From Macrostomum lignano (Eukaryota), in assembly GCA_002269645.1 (NCBI GenBank), contig NIVC01000540.1:248001-312000 (forward strand): 64,000 nt of DNA, in the 5' to 3' direction. A program made the translations under genes and the position numbers. The notes beneath the pieces are model-generated. The model was given only the letters and a program-made list of their open reading frames with translations. It did not search any database and was not told the DNA's origin. This document shows positions 1 to 11,200 of the stretch, piece by piece. Positions within the stretch are counted from its first letter, which is position 1; the number at the start of each line of letters is the position of its first letter.

Positions 1-3000
1 ATAGAATAAAATAGAATAGAATAGATGATTTACAATTAATTGGTGATTAATTAAATTCAGAAGTTGCAACTGTTTAAAAATCTCATAAGTTGCAAATTCT
101 GAATCAAGAATCAAAGCAAACATCTTGAAGCTAAAAAAAACCCTTTCTATCCTACAATAGATATTCTGCTATCTCATTTATACGAACTGCAATATTTTAA
201 TGAACTTTGTTTTAATGCTGCTCTTTAACATCATAATTAATGCAAAGGTGTAATGTTCTATAGTGATACATTTGATCGTGAATGATCTCATTTGTGCCAA
301 CATTTATGCCACTTGATTTATACCATGTACTTATGCCAAGCACTTACGCCAAGGCACATTTTGGCCTATACTTACACCAAGCACTTACGCCAGCCTCCGA
401 TCCCAAACTAGATTTACGCCGGAGATCTCCAACATAAACGGCATGATCCGGACTATGGCAGCCATTTAGGATGTGATCTTCACCCTGCCTCACCCTGCTC
501 TTTTGTCACCTGTCCACTCACAAAAGTCCCAAGCAGTGGCAGCTGCTCAAGCAGGAGGTTGCAAACATTTAAAATTAGGACATCAACCTAATTTTACTGA
601 TTTTACTTATTTTAATTTTACTTTATAATGCACATTTGTTTAAATACATGTATATTTGTTCATATACTTATTCAAAATTGTCCTATGTGTTTTTTTATCA
701 AGTTAAATTTTGAATCCAATCTGCAATTTCTTACAAAGTCTATAAACATTGGACTGTAAGCAAGTACCTAATAACTCAAATAACTTGACACATTAATGTA
801 AAGACTTAATTAAATAACTTTAGAAACATATTTGCACATTGTATGACAAAATAAACTAACATTAAACTAACTCAACTAACTCAACTCATCTAAACTAAAC
901 TAATGCATATGCAACTTATAAAAATTTGTTATATATGGTCATTTTAATGTGTGGCCATTCCGTTGTGAGTCCGTTTTGTGTGTGGCCATTTTGACATGCA
1001 CCCCTAGTATAACAACAATAAAGATACAAGTGAGAAGTCTTTGAAGTCTAGGAATATTCACTCTTGTAGTTTCTGTAAAATAGATATTTTGGCATTATTA
1101 ATTTTACTAGATAAAAAACAAAATGCCTATTTGTCTAGTATTAACCAGAAAAATAGGGAAACATGAGTATTACCTAGTAACTAGACAAATAACCATATTG
1201 CTATTCATCTGGTCATTGGACAAATAACAATTGCCTAATTTTTTTATAACTTATCAATTGTGATTTTATTGTAAATAATTGTCTTAGGATTATTTCTCAT
1301 TTAAATAAATTGATTGGTATTCTTTATTTTTAAAAAGCAAAGCAATATTGATAAAGCATTTTAGGCCTATCTAAGTTAGGCCTAATAGGTAGGCAAGCCG
1401 CAAGTGTAGCTTGTTAAAGTAATGACAATGTCAATGAAATAAAAAAGATTAATGAACATTGAACAACAAAATATTTCTCACTAGATAAAACACTAGGCTT
1501 AAAATCTTAAATGAATTTGGTTTGTTTAAAGTTTAGTAGATCAAACATTTTTTATTTAAAATTTTAAAATTTTATTTAAAATTAATAATTTATTTTACAT
1601 TTTAATAATAATAATATAATAATAATACAATAATATACTAATATACTAATAGACAATAATATTATATATTATATATATAATATATAATATACAAGCTGTT
1701 GAAACCCGCGGATTTTGAACCCGGAGAACTCCATTCCCCGGAATTTTTTTTGCATGTATTCTAAAATCTGAGGTTCTTAAAAAATCTGAGATTTTAAAAT
1801 TTTAAATAAAAAATGTTTGATCTACTAAACTTTAAACAAACCAAATTCATTTAAGATTTTAAGCCTAGTGTTTTATCTAGTGAGAAATATTTTGTTGTTC
1901 AATGTTCATTAATCTTTTTTATTTCATTGACATTGTCATTACTTTAACAAGCTACACTTGCGGCTTGCCTACCTATTAGGCCTAACTTAGATAGGCCTAA
2001 AATGCTTTATCAATATTGCTTTGCTTTTTAAAAATAAAGAATACCAATCAATTTATTTAAATGAGAAATAATCCTAAGACAATTATTTACAATAAAATCA
2101 CAATTGATAAGTTATAAAAAAACTAGGCAATTGTTATTTGTCCAATGACCAGATGAATAGCAATATGGTTATTTGTCTAGTTACTAGGTAATACTCATGT
2201 TTCCCTATTTTTCTGGTTAATACTAGACAAATAGGCATTTTGTTTTTTATCTAGTAAAATTAATAATGCCAAAATATCTATTTTACAGAAACTACAAGAG
2301 TGAATATTCCTAGACTTCAAAGACTTCTCACTTGTATCTTTATTGTTGTTATACTAGGGGTGCATGTCAAAATGGCCACACACAAAACGGACTCACAACG
2401 GAATGGCCACACATTAAAATGACCATATATAACAAATTTTTATAAGTTGCATATGCATTAGTTTAGTTTAGATGAGTTGAGTTAGTTGAGTTAGTTTAAT
2501 GTTAGTTTATTTTGTCATACAATGTGCAAATATGTTTCTAAAGTTATTTAATTAAGTCTTTACATTAATGTGTCAAGTTATTTGAGTTATTAGGTACTTG
2601 CTTACAGTCCAATGTTTATAGACTTTGTAAGAAATTGCAGATTGGATTCAAAATTTAACTTGATAAAAAAACACATAGGACAATTTTGAATAAGTATATG
2701 AACAAATATACATGTATTTAAACAAATGTGCATTATAAAGTAAAATTAAAATAAGTAAAATCAGTAAAATTAGGTTGATGTCCTAATTTTAAATGTTTGC
2801 AACCTCCTGCTTGAGCAGCTGCCACTGCTTGGGACTTTTGTGAGTGGACAGGTGACAAAAGAGCAGGGTGAGGCAGGGTGAAGATCACATCCTAAATGGC
2901 TGCCATAGTCCGGATCATGCCGTTTATGTTGGAGATCTCCGGCGTAAATCTAGTTTGGGATCGGAGGCTGGCGTAAGTGCTTGGTGTAAGTATAGGCCAA

Positions 3001-3360
3001 AATGTGCCTTGGCGTAAGTGCTTGGCATAAGTACATGGTATAAATCAAGTGGCATAAATGTTGGCACAAATGAGATCATTCACAATCAAATGTATCACTA
3101 TAGAACATTACACCTTTGCATTAATTATGATGTTAAAGAGCAGCATTAAAACAAAGTTCATTAAAATATTGCAGTTCGTATAAATGAGATAGCAGAATAT
3201 CTATTGTAGGATAGAAAAAGTTTTTTTTAGCTTCAAGATGTTTGCTTTGATTCTTGATTCAGAATTTGCAACTTATGAGATTTTTAAACAGTTGCAACTT
3301 CTGAATTTAATTAATCACCAATTAATTGTAAATCATCTATTCTATTCTATTTTATTCTAT
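1..3360. repeat. Large inverted duplication (palindrome): arms 1-1570 and 1791-3360, 220-bp spacer
   Basis: Position 1 (ATAGAATAAA) pairs with 3351-3360 (TTTATTCTAT) and pairing continues inward to 1570/1791. I saw only 4 mismatched bases (142, 143, 277, 1238). The left arm is cut by the window edge. Confidence 0.97.
1686..1775 (+). repeat. Dispersed repeat fragment, probably a TA-flanked transposon end; second copy inverted at about 29525-29614
   Basis: TACAAGCTGTTGAAACCCGCGGATTTTGAACCCGG...TTTGCATGTATTCT matches the reverse complement of about 29525-29614 with a few substitutions. Confidence 0.75.
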
Positions 3361-3611
3361 TCACAAGAATTGTGAGGGACCTTTTTTGGGTGGCATAAGT
3401 CAGAGGGACCTTTTTTGGTTGGCGTAAGTCTGGCATAAGTGCCAAAAAATGTTGGATTTTTCCTCCAGCGTAAGTCCAGCATGATCCGCACTATGGAATG
3501 GCTGTTTTGATGGTATGGCCATCCAAATTTGTTATAGGCCTATGTAGCCATTTTGACATATGGCCATTTTGTTATGAGGCCATTTTGCGTGTGGCCATTT
3601 TGACGTGGATT
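2358..3611. mobile_element. Foldback MITE (outer element of a nest), 8-bp TSD TATACTAG
   Basis: Terminal inverted motif CATGTCAAAATGGCCACAC vs rc CACGTCAAAATGGCCACAC; TATACTAG at 2350-2357 and 3612-3619; internal GGCCATTTT subrepeats. Confidence 0.65.
2903..3496. mobile_element. MITE with 18-bp TIR and 8-bp TSD AATGGCTG, nested in the 2358-3611 element
   Basis: TIR CCATAGTCCGGATCATGC (2903-2920) vs rc of 3479-3496 CCATAGTGCGGATCATGC (17/18); AATGGCTG at 2895-2902 and 3497-3504; internal GGCGTAAG/GGCATAAG subrepeats. Confidence 0.85.
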
Positions 3612-3690
3612 TATACTAGTGTATGTCATTACACCAAATTATGCCAAATCACATATACATATCTGCTTTGCTTAGAAGTTAGGGCCTACA

Positions 3691-4232
3691 CCACACTCAG
3701 GAAGGTTACATATAAGCCGGAATTTTCCGGCGTACCATTGAGAAGTTTGGCTATTTTGGCGTACCACTTTGGTGTACTACTTTGAGCTCAAGAAATTTTT
3801 GGCATACCAATTTTGGTGAATAAATGGATGCGTGTATAAAAATTGTAATGTAAATTAACCCTTTTTAGTTTTTACGTAAAATGAAGGAAAATTTATATAG
3901 TCTAGAAAGTCAGTTTTAAACTTTTTGCTTTTTTACAATTAATAACGAATAAAATTTGTGTAAATTATTGCTAAGAATTTAAATTTTGCATTTTTTTCTA
4001 TAGGTTTAATTTAAGTTTGTTTAAAATGAAAATATTTGTAATATTTGAAAGAATTTTTGTACAAACAACCTTTTTTAGAAAACTCTACTCCTGAAAACCG
4101 AATGACCTTTTTTAGGAGGAATTTTTGGCGTACATTTTAGGGACTTTTTTTGTTTTTGGCGTATACTGGCATACATTTAGCTGAGATAGGATTCTTGTGT
4201 CGGCGTGCACTACTACACGATCCGAACTGTGG
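3691..4232. mobile_element. MITE related to the 2903-3496 element, 8-bp TSD GGCCTACA
   Basis: GGCCTACA at 3683-3690 and 4233-4240; right end GATCCGAACTGTGG resembles the GATCCGCACTATGG TIR; left TIR degenerate; internal GGCGTAC motifs. Confidence 0.65.
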
Positions 4233-6125
4233 GGCCTACACTACATATAACAAAATATTAATCAAATCAGGATATGAAAAAAGATCTTTAAAATCTATAT
4301 CACTAGACAAATAGACACTTGTATTGGCAATTTAACCAGACGAATAGAAAAAAGGCTATTCATCTAGTCACCAGACAAATAACAACTGCAAAAAAATTAA
4401 CCTATTAAAGCCTACACTAAGGGCTTTTTCATATATTGCTTGTTCTGGTCCTAGAACCAGATCCAACAGTAAAGTATTACTTTCTGTCACATAAAATGGA
4501 TAGATTTATGTGCTGTATGCATAAAGTAAAGTTGAAATTAATAATTGAATGGCAATAGTCAACGCCAACATCAAGAAGACTGTGACCCTGTGAGAAATTG
4601 AGCTAAGTGAGGCTGTTAGTGTTAAGCAGTGAAACATTCAACAAAGTTAAATAGCTATAGGCCTACTGCTTTTTTTCTTGGAAGATACGAACCGTTTCTG
4701 GTTCTGGAATCAGTAATAGGGCCTATGAAAAGACTTATTAGTTACAGTGCTAGTACTGATGCTAGTTGCCAGCTTTGGGCTGACGTTCGAAAAGACATGT
4801 TTTCGTACTTTTAAAATATCATTTGTAGTCTGTAAAGGATATCTTTTGGAAAACATAATCAAACTTATTTGTTCAAATTTAATGTATATAAAAATAGAAG
4901 TAAATTGTATCCTGAGAAAATAATACTAAAATAATACTATTTTGTTATACATACTCAAATTTGAAACAACTTTACTTTCTAATTTTCGTTTACACGCGTC
5001 ATGCACGGGTCGTTCGCAAATTCTGGAGGAGCAAAAATTTTAACAATTTTCCGAACATTTACTATTGTTACTGCCATATTGAAAATAATAGGACACTTTT
5101 ATCTGTGAATAAAGATAATTTTTGGGTTAAACTTTATCATGCAAAAGTGTTTTTTAATCATCTGGCGGTATTAAGCGATAATTAGCGATGAAAAAATTCA
5201 AATTCAATCATTTCACCGATGTTAATTTTTGGTACTACAAGATGTCTGTAGCTAAAAAAAAGTTGTTGTTGTGTTGAAACCTTGCTATATTACATTTAAA
5301 ATTAAAGCTTATATAAATTTAATTTAAGATTTTTTTAAAGCTCAATAAACTGCACTATAAATGATTTTATAGACGCTTAACTGTACGCCTAGCATTTCCG
5401 GTGGGATAGCCTCTTTGCGTCTCACAAAATGTATTTTTTCAGCTGACGTCTAGAATGTGCGCTTAAAATGATACATTTTGATGCAGATAATTAGAAAAAC
5501 ATGTCTTTTTATCTTTTTGTAAAAAATTGTTATGAAATAGAGCACTATTGTTGATAAAAATAATTAAAAGCAACCATGCATCGCAATAAACTCCTACTTT
5601 GAAGCACAAAATAAATATCCTGTAACCACACTAGCATTCTCCATGGAGCACCTTTTGAGCTGAAATTTTACACAGATATCCAGTAAAGTAAACTGAGCAA
5701 ATGATTTTTTTGTTTTTGAAAATACTTCAATTTGGCTATGTATCAGTTAGTACATTGGACATATTTATTATATTTTTATTAAAATCCTTGTAACCAAGCT
5801 ACAGAGAAACATGTGCAAAACTGGACCTTGAAATTTGACCTGAATGATCAGCAAATGTGTATCTCGAAATGATTTTTTTTGTTTTCATCAAGTCATTCTA
5901 TGCTAATTTTTTCTGAAGGTAAAGATACCATATATTTAGAGTCAATAGGGGAAGCATTTAGACTTATTCAATAGTCATTAAAATTGCAACTATATTATTA
6001 TAATATAGTAATAATATTATACATGTATTATATAGTAATATTAACTTCTAAGATGCCCTTATAAATTTAAGTAAAGACAACAGGCCTTAATTAATTAATC
6101 AGCATTTTGAAGAAACTGACCTTAT

Positions 6126-6805
6126 AAAATTCGTATTTTTACGCTAATAACATTTACCGAATTACGAGGTTCCGGTGTTATGCGTTTTTTTGCTATATTT
6201 CACGCTGCCATTTATTAACGATGCTACGCCAGGCCTTCAGTGTGGTGTCAATAGTTAGCATTTAAAAAGTGCTTTAATTTGAGTGTATGTTCGCTGGCAT
6301 TGCACGATGCGTTGTACACCTCAGGCCAGGTCACGTGACTTGCTGGAAATGAAATAATGACTTTGTACCTATACTAAGGATAGGTGAAGCATAAGAATGA
6401 CCCATATTAGTACTTATTAGAAACATCTAGATGAATACTCTCAGAAAAAGTGACATTCACGTCTGTCAGTTGCAAAAAAAATTTTTAATTGACTCTCAAA
6501 ATCGAAAAACGTGATTTTGTGCAAAAACAACCCATTTGAGCACTACATAGGGCGGAAAATATATTAATTTTCGCTATGAGGTTCTTAGCTTCCAAGAGCA
6601 CTATTGTGCCCAGTAAACACGTACAGATGACTGCCATCTTCGTTAGTGTGCGAAAATTCGTATTTTGACGCTATTAACATTTTACCGAATTACGAGGTTC
6701 CGGTACTATGCGTTTTTTTGCTATATTTCACGCTGCCATTTATTAACTATCCTACGCCAGGCCTTCAGTGTAGTGTCAATAAATAGCATTTAGCAAGTGC
6801 TTTAA
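6126..6805 (+). repeat. Direct repeat of about 152 bp (6126-6277 and 6653-6805)
   Basis: Both copies read AAAATTCGTATTTT..ACCGAATTACGAGGTTCCGG..GCTATATTTCACGCTGCCATTTATTAAC..CGCCAGGCCTTCAGTG..GTGCTTTAA, roughly 90% identical. Confidence 0.9.
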
Positions 6806-8298
6806 GATGACATCATGCGCATTGCGTTGCGTAAAAGTGTGGGTCCACAGTTTCGTAACAAGTTAAAATGACCTGATTTCGCAAAAATCTTTAAAACAAA
6901 AAATACCAAATAGGTAACTAAAAAGCCTTTTGAAACTGAATAAAAAATGCACATAAAAGTGCTATTTTGTAACGTAAAAAGTCTTGCGTCCTGCAAAAAT
7001 CTTCTATGGTGACTTTTTGGAGCCGTGAAGTGTAAAAACGTGCGCATTTTTAAAGCTGTTGAACTTACTTTTTGAGGTATATTTTGAAAATAGGCATTTT
7101 ATAAATTGTATAACAAAATTTAATTGAAGAAAGCAATAAGGTAAAATAGAATTCGAAATTATTTAATTTTGAAATAATTAAACTGTACATTTCAGTCGTT
7201 CTGTTCCTTATAATTTCTACAAAAATTTAAATTTAAATCGGTTATGTTAACAGTAGTTTATTGCTGTAGGACAAATTTGACCCCAAATTTTCAAAGCAAC
7301 TTATCTAAGCAAACGCTATCTAAATCTGAAATATTTTCAAGCTTCAATCTGTAGCTATAATATTCGGTTTTGTTACGCTATTTATTCGTATCCTACTACA
7401 TTATATATAATTATTGTACAATATATTATATTCTACAAGTACAAGTTTTAATTGTAATATATTCAATTGTTATCAGTTTTACACTGTAAGTGTAAGCTTC
7501 AAATTTTATTTGAAATATAACTGAAGTATAGTACTTTAATATTATTTTATAGCTAATTAATTGTATTCTGCCAAATATTTACGTTTTTTTTCTCTGCTTT
7601 GCTTTTTGCTCCATATTTTTATAAATTATAGTCATATTTACATATATCTTTTAAAAGTACTCATCCTTTCACATTTTATTTTGTAGTTATCAGTCAAATT
7701 TAACTTGAATTTTCCTTTTGTTTGCATAATTTTGACTTAAGACTTTAGTTTTGAAGTAAGTATTCTTTTTATTTCTTCATATGTTTAGCATAGTACAAAT
7801 ATCTGTAGTACTCTGCTTAATGGTAGAAGTTTGTGGACACTTTTTATAAATTCTGCTCAATTTATTATAAATTTAGCATTTTTGCTAGACAATATATACA
7901 TGCCAATGCTCCTTATATCAAGCAATGCTTGAAAGTGCTAGACACTTAGTTTATGGTGAATTTTTACCAAGGGATGTTTTTTTGCTGATATAGAATTCCT
8001 AGAAGCATGTACAAAAACATGGAATATGCCTGAAAAAACTCTAGAAAATATGCACTAAATCCAAGAAAAAATGTTGAAAGCACAAAAACTACATGGCACA
8101 CACCGCCTATATGCCAGTATATTATGCTGCAGCATATTAATCCACAATCCAGTAGCAGTGCTAGTGTTCGTAGTTTAACTAAATTTGCCACCAGAAAAGA
8201 GTTGAGTTAACTTGGTAAAGAGTAGCATGTTTTCTGTGTTTAGCTAATTAGTTTCTTTATCATTCTGAAATATTTACTAACATGTTTATTTAGACAGG

Positions 8299-11200
8299 AT
8301 GGGCAACGACAAAAACAGCATCAAGGACAACACTAGCATTAACAAGGATACAAGTGCTTCTTCTGTTGCTGCCAATAGTAAGTTTTGTACATTTGTTGCA
8401 ACTTGCAGGTGATAGGTGCTACTTTCAGGAATAGTTTCAAAGCAATCCTACCTTTATTATTAATATTCACACCTTAGGAAACCAGCTTTTACTAGCATTC
8501 TTGGCTGCCCATTTGGGCAACAGACAAACTAAAAAGTTCCTGCACTACACAATTTATTTACCAAACAATAAATCTCAATTGTTCACACTATAACTCACAC
8601 TGAATAGTTCACAGGTAATTCTGTAAAAAAGTGTTTTTCAGATGTCTAAAAATGTGAATTTTTCAAACTCTTAACTGACGCAGCTCAAATCAATAGTTCA
8701 CACTCAATAGTTTAGATTGAATAGTTTCGCCTGAATAGTTTTGACAGACAGAATAATTTCAACTGAATAGTTACAACTGAATAGTTTAGACTTAATAATC
8801 TTGACTGAGTAGTTTTGACTGAATAGTGTGAACTCAATAGTTTCGACTGAGTAGTTTCGACTGAATAGTTTCGACAAAGGGAATAAATTCAATTGGAATC
8901 TGACCTTGTTTGACAGATCATTAAAATAATTATAGAAACTCTATTTTCGAATGTTTAACACCCTTAGAATTTGAGCAGATTTAAGAAATTTTGACCACTG
9001 TATAATCAGTGCAAAATCTGCAATAGTTTAGAAAAAACGCTATCAAAATTGATCAAGAATGGCACGCTCTAGAGCGAAATAGATGGACAGACATATATAT
9101 ATATATATATATATAGGTAGATTTATAAATTTCTTTTTTACTGTGACTTTAAACAGGTGCGAAAAAGTGCGGACGGCCGAAGAAGAAAAACTGGAGCCGC
9201 TCCAAGAATAATATTAAAGTTGCTGCTGTCGGTGATTTAACTGCTGGCGAAGAACAGATTCAAGAGCCAGATGTACAACCGGAAGCTGCTGCTGCCTCTT
9301 CTATTGCCGCTGCTGGGACTAAAGCTGGTGCTTCTGCTGATGCTGCTGCTAAAACTGAGTCTGTGATTAAGCTGGACGAGGCTGGTCTGGCTGCCCTGCT
9401 AGCTGAACATGATGCTGCTCTGGCCGACGCTCTGGCTGCTTCGGAATACCCCGTGGTCGAAGGTGATGCTGAAGTGCCCAATTCTGGTGCTGCTTACAAT
9501 GAGCAACTTATAGGCTACTTGAGTGCTGGTGAGAGTTTTATTTTTTATTGAATTTCTATGCATAGTACAAGTTAATTTTCTTTCTTACATCTGACTTTGC
9601 TTGCGAATATTGAAAATTAGATTTTAGTGTTTACGACTTGTGCAAAATACAATTAATGCTCAATTCCTTAAAATTATCATACCTCACTGTTTAAGAGTTG
9701 TATTCTTTTACAGATGAAACAGGTGCTACTGCAATGGATTTTGCCGAAGGTCATGTAACTGCTGCTGTACAAGTCCAACCTGTATGGGTTCCTTTTTCTT
9801 CGTGTCGCGTTGAGAATGTACGAGGTGACGGCAACTGTTTTTTCACGGCCATATTGAGACAATTACAAGAACTGCCAGGTTTTTCCGCCTATCAATCGCT
9901 AAGCGTAGAAGATTTTCGAGATGCGGTTGCTGCAGAATTCGAGCAATGGGTGCATCGCGATGTCAATAATCAGGAAAGAATTATGCAAACAGGACTGAAT
10001 TGGGAAAAAGTGCGCGACGATACAAGGCGTCCCCGTATGTACGTGCCATGCGGAGTTCCAGAACTAATTGGTGAACTGTTGCGGCTAGAAGTGTTTATTT
10101 ATCAGTCAAACATGCTTAATCTAGCGCGGCCTGGCCATTATTCCCGACCGAATATTGGAGAACGTTTGGCTACTATTCGATTGTTGTTTAATCCTGGTAG
10201 TCAACACTACGAAATCGTTCGTGTCAATGATTTGGAAGTTAATGAAGCAAGCTCAGTTCGGCCGACTGGCCAAGGAGATTTGAGCGCCAAGAATGTGGAA
10301 ATGCCCCCTCTCAACGAGAATGTTCATGTTGTCGAAGATCCTGTTGTAATGATGCCACCTCCAGCTCCACCAATGACGCCTTTTGAAAAGGTTGCAGACT
10401 GGACCCGAGTTCAAAGTAGGCATTGGAAGGGACGTTGTAGAAATCAAGCAAAGTCCTTGGAAAATAATACGAGTTTGTTTGCGCATCCGAATTCATATGA
10501 AGTGCTTCGGGATCGGAACAACTCTGTCTGGAATTGGAATGTCGATCTTGACGCGGAGGATAGCGCAGAGTCAGTTGAAATTGAGCATGTGTCAGAGTCA
10601 GTTAAAAGTGATCGTGTGTCAGAGTCCGTGCCATCAAATGTTCCGCGGCGCAGTCGGCGTAAAAAGGATGTTGGGAAGGCAAGTTGCGCTACGCGTCGGA
10701 GTAGTCGACTGAGCGCTAAAGCAAACACATTAGAGTCTGTGTCTGTTGCAGCCTCTAGTGTATCTGGTCAGAGCTTATTGAGAAGAAGCAGTCGCACTCG
10801 GAGAGCACCATGTTGCAGTTGCATCGGTTGTGGCGACTCAGTTTCGGCGGTTTCAAGCGTTTCTTGCCATTTGGAAAAAGGAAGAGGTCGAGAAAAGAAG
10901 AGCGACGTTGTACCAAGTGCTCCTACTCGTCGCAGCGAGCGTTTGAAAAACCAGCAGCAAGTGGTCAACTATGCAAATTCTTTACCACGGAAACAGAGAT
11001 TGACAAACGCAGAAAATCATATCTGCGAACCCGTTCGATCGTCGCCTAGGAAGACGGCACCTTTGCAGCAGGAGCAGCAAGATAAACGTCAGTCTGATAA
11101 TATTCCAGCTACTTCTACGTATTCATCACCACGAAAGACACGTGCTACTCAGGAGAAGCCTGATGAAGCGATCCGTTCGTCACCCAGAAAGCGGCCTACA

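Noticed and set aside
9698-9713. TTG start of the 2014-aa ORF
   Set aside because: It lies in a polypyrimidine tract ending in the CAG acceptor at 9713; a spliced ATG start at 8299 explains the gene better.
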